Assembly (NCBI GenBank): GCA_030265395.1
Contig: JARFYF010000022.1
Span: 40,964,895 to 41,028,894, forward strand
Reading direction: 5' to 3'
DNA: 64,000 nt
Origin: Rhina ancylostomus
Taxonomy: Eukaryota
Shown in pieces: positions 39,243 through 51,000 of this stretch (position 1 is the first letter of the stretch; each line of letters opens with the position of its first letter). The notes under the pieces were generated by a model that was given only the letters and a program-made list of their open reading frames with translations, was not told where the DNA came from and did no database searches. A program made the position numbers and the translations under genes.

Positions 39243-41035
39243 TGCCCTTTCACTTCCCACTGAAGTGCACCCTCCTTCAGTCTTGAACTCCCACTCCCCT
39301 CATAAATATCCATTCTGGCACTCCAGTGTGGCATTAGTTCTTCTTTGTTCTTGTCTGTTCATTTAAGAAAATTTATTCTGCCCACTCTTCCTTTCACAAT
39401 CATGCACATCACGGAGAGGTAGAAGGCGATGCTTGCCTTCACGGTGGGAGGGGTAGTCTGGGGTAGTAATAGATCAGGGGAATGTTAGGATTTGAGAGGC
39501 CTAAGATACTTCTAACGTGGCCTCTCGAGGCCAGTCAGACTTGCCGTTGTATTTTTGCTGTTATGCCAAATACAGTGCAGGACTGCCCTATGGGGTTGAT
39601 GATTCCATGAGTCATAATGTCTAATTTGGAAGGATTAGCAGGAGCTTCTTCCAAGCCTTGAATCATCAATATTACCACCATNNNNNNNNNNNNNNNNNNN
39701 NNNNNNNNNNNNNNNNNNNNNNNNNNNNNNNNNNNNNNNNNNNNNNNNNNNNNNNNNNNNNNNNNNNNNNNNNNNNNNNNNGTGAGAATCAAAGGGGACA
39801 AACCAAATTTCTTTTTAACTCCCTGTGTGACAATATGTAGTCAATGGGAAATAGGTGGGGGTCAAAATTAAGGCCATTTATCTGGCACTGACCTCTATGC
39901 CAAGCATAAACCCCAAAACTGCTCATTTTATGTAATTTTGATTAGTAAAATATGTATTTCACAAATTAACAAAACCTTTCAGTATCAATGAGTTGACAAT
40001 CAAGGCTGGTGCCAATAAATATGCCGCTTGGCTTAAAATCCCGTGTGCCTGATTTTCAGACAGGCATTTGATTTATTTACCCCACTGGAAGGTAAAGGTC
40101 AGTGTGGCACTTGGCAATTCAAACATTGTTGGAGCTCAGGTAAATAAGGAGACATTGAAGTGCTACAGTAACAGTGCTCAAGTCGCAGGCTAACATCAAT
40201 AGTTCAGTAGCTGGCCGGGGTCTGAGAAGGAGACTCTACCTGGTTGACAGGGGAGAGGTGAATGAAAGGTAGGAAGAGTTCTGAAGTGTAGACCACACAT
40301 CCTAGCATGGCAAAGTGTTCCACCTTGTTCCAATTTTCATCATTCATTCGTTTATTTTCTGGCATGGTTTGCAGCATACGACTCAAAGCAGCCTTGCATT
40401 GTCACCTTTATTGTCAGATCATTGGTGACACTGAACCAATCATGTTCAGGATCCAAGCTCCAGGCCTAGTCCTGGCTGTTCAGTCAGGATGAACATAACA
40501 TTGCACAGCTTCAGTTTTGTGTTTGACCTTGAATTGAGCTTGTAATTCATATTTCAAAATATCCTCATAACATATGAGGCCATTCAGCCCATTGCATCTA
40601 TGCTAGCTCACAGATCAATCCAACTTCCCCACTAATTTTTTTACCCATGTAGCCTTTTCTCCCCACATTGATGTTGCTGGAGTATGGAACACTTTGTCAC
40701 AATGTGGAGACGAAAACAATTGCTCCTTTTTAAGGCAGCTGATCAAAGCAGATGATGGTACAAGACTGTGGAGAGATTGGAGAGCGATAAAACCAGTTTT
40801 GGATTAAGCCAGGAAAAAGTGCAGATGGGCTTTTATTGTGTTATTTAATTATGTTATTAATTCTTCATCATCCTACTGTGGAGTGCAGTGTCACGTTGAA
40901 ATGAATCGGGTGACTCACAACCCTGATTGTGTCAATGAGCCCAGTGTCAATGGAATTGGCTCCTGCTACCTGCACATTTATAGCATCTATTCCCAGGCAC
41001 ACCTTGTGGTTTCTCCTGTAGATTGCTTTCAGTTT

Positions 41036-41384
41036 TGTTACATACCAGCAACAACAGAAACACACTGAGACATGTATAAGCTGAAATTCATTTATTCATC
41101 TGTGGTCTTTAGCTTCTTTTTATTGTCCATAACTGTTACGAACCAGCAACAAAAGAAACACCCCGAGACATGTATGTGTTTAAAAACTACTTTATTAATA
41201 ACTACTTATGATAATAAGAAAAATAAAAGTAAAAATGTTAGAATGTTAGAAGNNNNNNNNNNNNNNNNNNNNNNNNNNNNNNNNNNNNNNNNNNNNNNNN
41301 NNNNNNNNNNNNNNNNNNNNNNNNNNNNNNNNNNNNNNNNNNNNNNNNNNNNGGGACACTCACTAATAGTCCTAATCCGTAACA
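41036..41384. mobile_element. Solo LTR (41134-41384) preceded by a short truncated copy (41036-41133)
   Basis: TGTTAC...GTAACA termini; GTTT at 41032-41035 and 41385-41388; same family as 4931-5182. Confidence 0.75.
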
Positions 41385-41504
41385 GTTTTGAATATTCACG
41401 TTCAATCATATCACCGCCTCAGTGGTGCCTGCATTTTAGCAGCGAAAACATCGTCCTGTTGTTGATGGCCCTTCAAGGTGTTGGCCACGGCTCACTGATA
41501 CCAG

Positions 41505-41870
41505 ATGTGCCTCCTGAGAAGGTCATGGGTTCAAATCCCATTCCAGACCCCTGAATATATAAGCCATCTAGCCTCGTACTGAGCCAGTGATGTTCTGCTA
41601 TCTTTTGAATGTTAAAAAGGACCCACCTGCTGCCTCAAGAAGGTGTAGAAGATCACAGGATCATATTCAATATGCAGGAAAAGTTTCCTGGTGACCGAGC
41701 AACATTGATTCCTCAACCTCCAACTAATACTTTGGTCTTTTATCCCATTGTGGGAGCCTTGCTGCATCACAAGTTGTCTTCAATGTCTCCTACACTAGTT
41801 TTAAATTGATCATAAGGAAGTGAGGATATCTCAGGATGAGGAAAGTTTCTATATAAGACCAAGCATTTCT
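41505..41870 (+). mobile_element. Degenerate Deu-domain SINE (SacSINE1-like)
   Basis: gaaggtcatgggttcaaatccc B-box head, aagatcacagg...cctggtg..., tgtgggagccttgctg. Confidence 0.6.
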
Positions 41871-42404
41871 TCAAATGTTGCTTTGTTTGTGGGGCAGGAG
41901 TGGGGGCAGTGATTAGAAGCTGTTGCAACGATTGCCATTAGTGGGAAGGTGAGGACAACAATCACAACTGGTGGTGTGCATGGGATGGTGGGGGAGTGGG
42001 GTTGGAGGAAAGAATGATCTCAGCAGAGGATATGGCCCAAGAATTGAGGGCAATAGTTCTGTGTGCCGGATTGAATGGGTGGGTGATTGGTTGGTTGTAA
42101 CACTGGACCTCCTTTGGGGGTCCAAGGAGATAGTGGTGTAAACAATTGGAAGGATCGAAGAAGCCTTGGATGTTAGGTAGATTAGATAGTTCGGCCATTG
42201 GGAAGTTAGGGCAGCATCTTAAGAGGGGTGGGGGGAAGAGGAAGGAGTTAGGAAGTGAATCCGGGGGGAGGTTATTGTCTGATGTTGAGCTGATTGATAC
42301 CTTGTGGGTGAGGAAAATGAGATGAGTCTGGGACCGCCAGGGGTCCTAATCCAGCATTGCATTTTGAAGGCCTAATTGTTCTGGAAGTGCCCAGTAACAC
42401 TCAC

Positions 42405-42815
42405 TCAGATCAAATCATTGAGTTTATTATCATGTGCACAAGTATGGTGAGGTGCAGGTAAATGAAAAACTTGCTTGCAGCAGCATCAGAGGCACATAGG
42501 TTCAGACAACACCCGGTATATAAATTATACATAAATTATACAATACAGTGAAGAGAGAGAGAAAAAAAAGACTGTGTGTAAAAACAAGACATTAGTGCAA
42601 AAAAAAGGACACAATCAGAGTATGGTAGTGCAAGAGGTGGTCTGTAGTGTTCCATTACTGAGGAAGGATTAGGGTTGTGCAGGTTGGTTCAAGAACATGA
42701 TGGTTGTAGGAAAGTAGCTGCCCTGAACCCGGTGGTGTGGGTCTTCAGGCTTCTCTCCCTCCTGTCCAATGATAGCAGTGAGAAGAAGGCATGATCCAGA
42801 TGGTGGGGATCCACC
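42405..42815 (-). mobile_element. Rex1/Babar LINE 3' fragment
   Basis: gagtttattatcatgtgcacaag...cttgcagcagcatc...ggttcaagaacatgatggttg...cttcaggcttct, homologous to 22938-23300. Confidence 0.8.
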
Positions 42816-43689
42816 ATCCCAGAACAATGAGATCCATGCTTAGCCAGTGCACCCTGAAAGAGAAATCACATCCGAGCATAAGGGGTGACTCACTCCATGA
42901 ACTGACTGGTCAAATTTTTGGAGTGATGGAAAACAATCTGCAAATGATGGTGGTCACATTTCAATGTGGAAAAAGAATCAGTTTTCAATTGTATAATGCT
43001 GAAAGAAACTGCATTGTTCGAATGAATTTCTCGGCATATTTGTCCTCAGAAGCAGGTCAACTATAAGAAACAATACACAGAATTGTTGGCTGAGTTGCAT
43101 TTTCAGCTTGAAGGTTGCCTAATTTTCTGAGCCAGGAATGATTTTTCACATTTGATTATGGTTAAATAACTCACTGTTTTTCACAGTTACATAAGGTTCA
43201 CCTTAGTAAGGGCTAAATTATTGGTCAGTGTTTCCCTGAGTTCATCTTTGGGAAGGCTAAAATCCTTTGTCACGGTGACCCAGACTTGCTTTGAGAAAGG
43301 TTAAAGCCTTCAGGCCAAATTCAATCGTCTGCAGTAAGAATAATTAAAGTGACTGGTCCTGGGTTAGGAAGGGTTAAGGCATTACTCAGTGGCTACAGAA
43401 CCAGGGTGAAAATGCTGCATAAATGACCTTTGACACTTTTCCTGCTGATGCTGAAATATGGAAACTTCTTGGAGGCCAGAGAGAAAACGCTGGAGTTCAG
43501 ACGGGGTCAGTGGATCAGCAATTGTACTCGGTGTAACACTGGCACAGGGTAGCATCTGATAAACTCCTACTGGTTCTTTATCGTTAACCTCCAGTCACAA
43601 CATGCTCAGCATATTTTCCATTTTTTTCCAGAGAAATTATAGTGGCCTGCAGGCAGAAAACATGACCACAAAACAGTGGCTAAATGTGT

Positions 43690-44040
43690 GAGTTACTGAA
43701 AAACAAATAGAATAGATTTTGTAATGAAGCAACAATGCCATACGATTGCCAAAATGGCTGCAGCTGCGGTTACAAATCTGCTGACAATTTAGGTGCTTAG
43801 TTTTTGCTTAATGGGAAATACTTAGAAATGTCTGCTGGTTGTACAAGTAAACCAGTGCTTAAATCACTCACAGGACATCCCTCCGTCCAATATTTTAGCA
43901 ATATTTAAAGCTGTTCACGATTCACTCACTGTTGTCTGCAAGAATATGTAATGAATTTCACCGTAACAAGGTTTGTTAATTGGGTGAAAATGAACTAATA
44001 TGCTTAATTAGACATTAGAGAGATGCCTTTATGTTCAAAA
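43690..44040. promoter_or_regulatory. Candidate conserved non-coding element
   Basis: Repeat-free; SOX AACAATG, YY1-like AAAATGGC, TGACA, GTAAAC and several TAATT motifs. Confidence 0.35.
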
Positions 44041-44099
44041 TTACCTATTTTATGAGGAAAATCAATCCCACTGCTTTTTACTTATGTATATGATAACAC

Positions 44100-44330
44100 T
44101 CAGGATCAGAATCAGATTTATTATCACTGACTTACATGACGTGAAATTTGTTGTTTTGAGGCAGCAGTACAGTGCAAAGACATAAAATTACCACAAATTA
44201 TAAAAATAAATAAATAGTGCAAAAGAAAGGACTAATGAGGTAGTGTTCATGGAATCACAGACCGTTCAGAATGAAGGCGGAGGGGATGAAGCTGTTTCTG
44301 AACCGTTCAGTGTGGATCTTCAGGCTCCTG
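44100..44330 (-). mobile_element. Rex1/Babar LINE extreme 3' end
   Basis: atcagaatcagatttattatcactgac...gaagctgtttctgaac...cttcaggctcctg. Confidence 0.8.
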
Positions 44331-44529
44331 TTGCTTTATTGCAGTGAGGCAAATGTTTTTAGGAGGATAACGGGCCTGCAATATTTGATGGAAGTGTGAC
44401 AATATTTTCATTTTGAAAGTTGAGTAGAATTTATATGAAACTTTTCTCTTCGGTAGCTGGGTTGATGCTCATGGCTTTTGGAAGGACCCAGCTTGATGGG
44501 TTCATCCAAAATCTGGAAATCTAAAATAA

Positions 44530-44760
44530 GGGTGACATGGTAGCGTAGCGGTTAGTGCAATGCTATTACAGTGCCAGCGATCGGGGTTCGATTCCCGTTG
44601 CTGTCTGTAAAGAGTTTGTATATTCTCCCGTGCCTGCGTGGATTTCCTCTGGGTGCTCCGGTTTCCTCCTACATTCAAAAGACATACAGGTAGGTTAATT
44701 TGGGGTTTAAAATGGGCGGCACGGACTTGTTGGGCCAGAAGGGCCTGTTACCACACTGTT
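44530..44760 (+). mobile_element. V-SINE with CR1-like tail
   Basis: tRNA-like head with A box (tagcgtagcgg) and B box (ggttcgattcc), V-core, tail gggccagaagggcctgtt. Confidence 0.85.
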
Positions 44761-44774
44761 AAGAAATTTTTTTT

Positions 44775-44940
44775 AAAAAAGCAGCAAACACTGGATATAT
44801 TCCGCTCCTGACATAGCATCTGAGAGGAGGAGTAAACAGGGTTAACATCTCGGGTTGAAGATCTTTCATCCGAAGTGGAAAAGTTAGAGACAAAACAAGT
44901 TTTGAACTGCATTGCGGTGGAGGGAGACAAGGGTATGTGG
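44775..44940. mobile_element. Penelope-like terminal-repeat fragment
   Basis: gcaaacactggatat...agcatctgagagg...gttaacatctcgggttgaagatctttcatc. Confidence 0.55.
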
Positions 44941-45105
44941 TGGAGGGGTATGCTGGGGGCAGATGGCAGGCAAAATGTGATGGAGTGGAAGACGAGGGAT
45001 CAAATGCCAAAAGGGGAGTCAATGTGAATGGGTCCATTGCCTCCCATCCATTTTATCTCTTCTTTCCTCTTAAACAAATGTACAGCTGATTTATTTCTTC
45101 AGTTA

Positions 45106-45318
45106 TACAAACAGAGAATGCTGGAAGTTCTCAGTACCACCTGTAGAGAAAAAAACAGATTTGATGATTCCGTCATCAAAGTGGAATCCTGGCAATAGGT
45201 TGTTTTTCGGAATTGTTAACTCTGTCTCTCCCACCACAGAGGCTGCCTGACATGCTGAGTGTTTCCAGAATTTCCTATTCTTACTTCAGATTTCCATCCA
45301 ACACTATTTTTTTTGCAT
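45106..45318. mobile_element. Penelope-like-derived hairpin mini-element with 8-bp TSD
   Basis: Inverted arms gaatgctggaagttctcag / ctgagtgtttccagaattt; ttcagtta repeated at 45098-45105 and 45319-45326. Confidence 0.6.
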
Positions 45319-46254
45319 TTCAGTTACTGATTTGTTGATGTTTTATTTATTGGGAAGACCTGAGAACTGTTTGCTCTAATTACACAAGACTGTAGCATCA
45401 GTCTGCTTTTAGAAGAAGGAGTAGAGGATCACAGGGCTGCTCGCCATAATCAAAGTTTCCAGTCAGAATCCCTGAATCTTATTGACAGCTTTCTAGAAAT
45501 AGGGCAAAAACATCTGCATTTCAGATCAATGTTCACTTATCGTGCTTAAGTTCAAATGTTGGGTGTTCAGTGGTGAATTAAACAATAGATGGGCCTGTGT
45601 AATTACAAATGAAGAATCTTCTCTCATTTGTATTTTGAATATACTTGGCCTGTTTTTAACAGACTTCATTTGATGGAAACCAGGTGAGAGGAGATGGCAA
45701 GGAGGTGGAGTCTGTTGAAGTTGCTGGAGTTATCTCCCTCCTCTGATGTGGCTTCCTTACCTTGCTCACTTGGAGGGGAGCTAGACATCTGCAGTGCATG
45801 TATCCTAAAGTGAAATCTGCTGGAATGTTGATAGATTTTACTCACAATAACAGTTGCAGGATACAGGAGCTTCAACAGTACTGTTTATTCTAAGTTCAGC
45901 AGCAAGGAACTGTCTCTACATATTGCTTATGTGTACATCACCACATCCTCTGACCACATGAATTATTTACATAACTATATATAAATGTTCCACACTACTT
46001 TTCCTCTGAAGAAAATGTATTGATGCACTTTTCTCACTTAGACATAGTTATAACAGATACAATTTGTTGATTATCTTCTTGTGTCAGCCACGGACCTTTT
46101 ACTCATTCCTAGAACTGAGGAACTTGCAACCACTTGACTCACAGCAATGTTGTGCCTCTTCAACAGTAATTGATTTATATCAACGTCAGGAATAGGTGCA
46201 GCATCATACATTACTTTAGTGTCCATAGGTCTGTCTCTTGCTTTGAGAGAGCTA

Positions 46255-46530
46255 TAGTCACGGAGACGTAACAGTACAGTATGGAAACAGGTCCTTCAGC
46301 ACGTACTGACATCAAACACTCATCTACACTAATCTTATTATATTCTCCCCACTTTCCTATTGATTCCCCCTAGATTCCACCACTTGCCTACACACTAGGG
46401 GCAATTTACAGTGGCCAATTAATCTACCAACCACTTCTTCTCTGGAATATGGAGGGGAAACTGCAGTAACTATAGAGGAAAACCTACAAAGGGAGAACAG
46501 GTAAACTCTACACAGACTGCACCAGAGCTC
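46255..46530 (-). mobile_element. Degenerate V-SINE
   Basis: gattccaccacttgcctacacactaggggcaatttacagtggccaattaatct...gggagaacaggtaaactctacacagac. Confidence 0.75.
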
Positions 46531-46619
46531 ATCTGATCTACTTGGACATTTCAGGTATGATTTCCAACATGAACCAGGTGTCCTTCTTGCGTGTGGACTG
46601 TTCCATCGAGGTCCCATTG

Positions 46620-48860
46620 CTGAGTCCTATCCTTGCTCATTGGTGACTCTGAAATCTCCCACTCAGTTGAAATTGCTTTACCCTAAAACATTGCCTTCTG
46701 CCTCAATTGCTGCCTCACTACAGTCCCCACTAAGTTGGTCTGTACCAAGCTCAACTGTGTGGGCAGACAATGATGCAACAATAACAATGATTCTGCTGGA
46801 ATCAAGCCAGAAGTAGAGTGTGAAGGAGTTTAAATTTCCTCTCAAATGATTCATCATGAAGTTAATATAACCTTGGAATGCTTGATTCTTCGTGGCATTT
46901 TTTTAAACACACGAACAGATATGTCTGCTGCCCCACAGGAAGCAGGATAGTATGGAGGACCGAGAGATATTTGATGCTGTTACATTATTCAATTGCAGAG
47001 TGAATTGAGGTCCATTGTCAGACAATAATTCCACCAATGTTTTATGTGTTTCTCCTTAATTTCTCAACAGTATAGTTGGTACAGGCACCTACATGTCTGG
47101 CTTCAGTCCATTTTGTGTAGGTGTCTATGAGCACAAGGAAATGATCATTTCCTTTTTGACTTGTTGGAACAGTCAAACTGACCTTTCTATGGTTGTAATG
47201 GTGTCTGAGATGGCACTGATCTACATTGCAGGCAAATTGGACACAAAGTCGCAACTTCCTCCAACTCTTGATTAGTATTCAGCCAAAACACAAAAATCCT
47301 GCCAACAGCTTTTATATTGTCAATTGCAGTGTGTAGGGCATGTAGCTCATCTACAGTCCTTTTTCCAAGAACACTTGGAATGACTAGTCCCCATTTCAAT
47401 CATCCTTGGTCACTTTGTAATTGAATCCCAGATGTTAGATTGCCTGTGTAGCTGTGTTTGGATACGTGTGTGTTTTTGTAGACCTGCTTAAGTACAACAT
47501 TTTGTTGAATCACTTGAGCAATCACATTATTGGAAAATCTTAGTCTGCAAGTTACAGTGTGGAAATGAAACTGTCACTCCCAATATCAGCTGATACATGC
47601 AGTAATCCAGTCAAAGCACTATCCTGAGCAGTAAATATTTCTCCCAATCAAATCCATATCTTGTTAAAAAGTTTTCCTTATTCTCACTGGTCAACTAATA
47701 TAGCAACTCAAGGCTGCACATTTTATGGGATATCATGTATTTCAAGCTTCAAGATCAGGTCTGAATATGTGTTAAGACTGACCTTTCTCCTTACTGTGGG
47801 TAGACAAGTGAACTGCTTGGCATTCCCCACAATGGAACAGTCTGCAGCTATGTCAAGACTAAATACTGTTTGTCAATCAGGACCAAGCATAAAATTGTGT
47901 TGTCTCAGACTACCAGTTGAAGTGGATGCTAGACAGAGCAAATTCTGTACCTTCTGCAGTAGGTGTAAAACTTGCAGATTCCATTTTTGTGTCTTTCTCT
48001 GAGAAACCCTTTCTATCTGTGCTGTTGCTACATTTGAGATCACATTCCTGTCTGTTTTGTTTTTCATCTCATAAGGCACTACAATATATCCTTTCTTCTG
48101 ACATGAGTAGTAATTGGACTCCTTAAGAGTTGTGTGTGTAATGACTGTCTATCAAAATGACTCATGCCATTTGCAAACACATGATGTTGTTCCTGCTTCT
48201 GAGCAAAAGTTATGGAAATTGACCTGTAACTGGAGGCTACCGCTATATCCATAACTGCCACTTGACAACAATTTTTGGCTTCCTTGTTCATGGAAGCTGC
48301 AATCTTATGTGCCAAATCAAATGCAAACACTTGTTTCTGCCTGCATATTGATCTCAGCATAAGTTGGCCTCAGCACTCTTGAGCCAGGATGGGAAATATT
48401 AGCCAGAATTTCTTTCAGAGCTTCAACTGGATCCTTTTGGGCCAAATGTGAACCTGTCTTTGAATGCACAATCCAGAAACACTCCAAAGTTACAATATAT
48501 CAAAGGGTCTTTGAGTGTACCAAATCTGGAGCAAGATGCCCTCTCAAATGGCTGTGCACAGAAGTATTCCTTCAAACTCCATTGCCTTTGTAAATGCGGT
48601 ATCTGTAGCTTTCTGCAGAACTACAACATCTGCATGTTTTCAGCACAATCTTCCAGCATAAGAATAGTATTGGCCCTGATTACTAGAAGTCATCTTATTA
48701 AGCTTAGTAACACGGCTTATTAGTTTTGGGGTATGCAGTTAAGTCACACGAAGATAGCTTGTACTCTAAATTTAATGAATTCATTCCTACCTGCTTATTA
48801 GAGAATCTACCCAACTGTGAAATAAAATTTATCCAGTCGTGGCTGACTTCACCTGTTTGC
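46620..48860 (-). mobile_element. Ty3/Gypsy (K02A2.6/Mag-like) LTR retrotransposon fossil: gag, protease, integrase; no RT/RNase H
   Basis: Integrase zinc-binding region WGLVIP...LHALHTAIDNIKAVGR.FVFW...CPIC (47187..47399); core HFLVLIDTYTKWTE (47042..47254); protease LDIAADCSIV (~47830-47860) and LIGRN (~47640); gag FDLAHKIAASM (48079..48360); frameshifted. Confidence 0.8.
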
Positions 48861-49709
48861 TTGGGCTCACTTTTTTCTCAGTTTGCCTTTATTAAAGGGT
48901 GAGAAAAACACAGGTGAATATTTGGTTTAGATCACAAGGAGGTACTATTGTTACACAGCTGGGGTATGCCAGCATGTACGTAAGGTGCTCTGTTTGCCAC
49001 TATGAGGAAACAGCAGCACTAGACCCAAAATTGGTACTTAAAAGAGAGCAAGGTTTGTGACCACCTTTTTGACTTTTCCCCTGAAATATTGCAGAATAGT
49101 TTGTGATCTGTGTGCTGCTGAAATACAAATATTTATTATCCCTTTTCTGGTTCTAACTTGTCTGTCTAATGTTCCCAGTGTCACTCAGCATCACATTTTA
49201 TCTTCCATTCTGTGAAGTGCGTTGAAGCATTTTTCGTTATGTTTAAGGCACCATATAAATGCATATTTTTGCATTCACAGTTGATCCACAAATCACATCT
49301 CAGGACCTTTTGCCTTAAAATGAATGAGTTACAACTTGTCTGTAGTCACCCATCCGGTTCTTAGTTATTGACATGGTACTCAGCTGTACTAAGAATGTCC
49401 CACTCTCTTTCCCTCACCTGCATTGATCTCAGCATAAGTTGGCCTCAGCACCCCTGAGCCAGGATGGGAAATGTTAGCCAGAGTTTCTTTCATCATCATG
49501 AGCAAACCACCACTGTAATATGTGCGGTGTTGGATGCCAACAGGGTCACAATTAAGAGTGAAGCACACAACATTCATGTGGACTTACTTTTTAAATAGCA
49601 TATAAAAAGTGGCCTCTGGATACTGGAGGCTTGGAGGTGAGTGCACATGTATCTTTTACTTAGGAAAGGAAAAGAAAAAGTTGGAAGTGAATCTTGAGGT
49701 GGGGGGGGG

Positions 49710-49960
49710 GGTTGATTGTGATTTGTTCCCAGAAATACAATGTTCTGCTATCAATTGTTTAAGAGCAACAGAAACAGCAATGGCCGCTGCAATTGAATTA
49801 AATCGCAGGTTTGATTGTTGTGGTATGCAGTGAGTAGGCTGATAAATGTGGGCTGCAGAATTATCATTATGACTCAAAGCTTTTCATTGGGGATGGGGGA
49901 GGGGTGGTTAGGAATCCTTTCCTGTCATTTTCTGAGAATATGTTTTTCTGTTTACTGCAC
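49710..49960. promoter_or_regulatory. Candidate conserved non-coding element
   Basis: Repeat-free; SOX-like ACAATG and ATTGTT, PBX-like TGATTG x2, GATA TGATAA, AP-1 TGACTCA. Confidence 0.45.
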
Positions 49961-50279
49961 AGCAGAATTAAGAAATGATAATGTGTTAACGGTGAATTAC
50001 ATTTTGGTGTTCTTAAACCCNNNNNNNNNNNNNNNNNNNNNNNNNNNNNNNNNNNNNNNNNNNNNNNNNNNNNNNNNNNNNNNNNNNNNNNNNNNNNNNN
50101 NNNNNNNNNNNNNNNNNNNNGTGGTGTTCTTAAACCCCAACCTGAAAATTTGTTTCTTTTAATTCTGATTGTTGCCCACAGTTAAAATACGTAAAAGATA
50201 AAGGAACAAAACAGATAAATGGATCCCATTCTTATAGATGCTGGTAAATTAAAACAAGCAGCAAAATGGGGCTGTAGAG

Positions 50280-51000
50280 TTAGGATTTTGTTTTACTAAT
50301 GCAATGGAACATCTTCCAGTACATCACAATCAAATGTTGCCCAGCGAAATTGCCTGCTCGTGATACTTGGATTATAATTTTCATGCAGTCAACTCTAAAT
50401 CTTCCATCAGATACAAAATGATTAATGAGCAAATCAACTCCTTTGAAGGTTTTTCTGAAATCAAACATTTCAGAATGATCAAAGTCATGTCATCTTAAAT
50501 TTACCTCTGCCTTGAGCTACTCTAACTTGCATCCTAATTGCCAACCTAATTAACATTCACATTCAGTTTTAGTCAGTCAATGTTGCTTTCGGGCAACTTC
50601 CAAACTGTAAATGCGGCAATGGTTTCTACTTAAAAGAGAGAATAGTTGTTTCAGTAATGCGTCCCACTTAGCTCTGTGTCTGGGTGAATTCACCCTTTCT
50701 CTCATATTGACATCTGTTGACAAATCAGCTGCTGTCTTAGCTTTTGATAGAAATCGGGTTTCAGGCCATCCTGTTGTGTATAAAGTGTTTGATCTGTTCC
50801 AGTGGTTTATATTACCACATATCAAGTCTTCTTGGGGGCTAAATTTAATAACACCCAAAAAGCAGGCAAAACGAGACATGTGGACTGCTTGCTGGTTTGA
50901 ATTGTTGTGGAGTCCAGCCTATTCATTGGCTGTACAGTTCAATCAATGGCCAGCGCCAATTAAAGCTAACCTGCGCTGTTTAAATGTAGTCTATGTCTTT
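50280..51000. promoter_or_regulatory. Candidate long conserved non-coding element
   Basis: About 700 bp repeat-free; TCF/LEF (CTTTGAA, ATCAAAG), TAATTA/TAATTG, tandem TGACA, perfect palindrome GGGTGAATTCACCC (50682-50695). Confidence 0.55.

Noticed and set aside
44530-44605. tRNA-like sequence with A and B boxes
   Set aside because: Continues into the V-SINE core and a LINE tail; it is a SINE head, not a tRNA gene. Same for 6393, 53985 and 61088.
48830-49050. Possible primer-binding site and 5' LTR of the Gypsy fossil
   Set aside because: Too degenerate and no matching second LTR visible; the TGTTA...TAACA solo LTRs do not flank this element.
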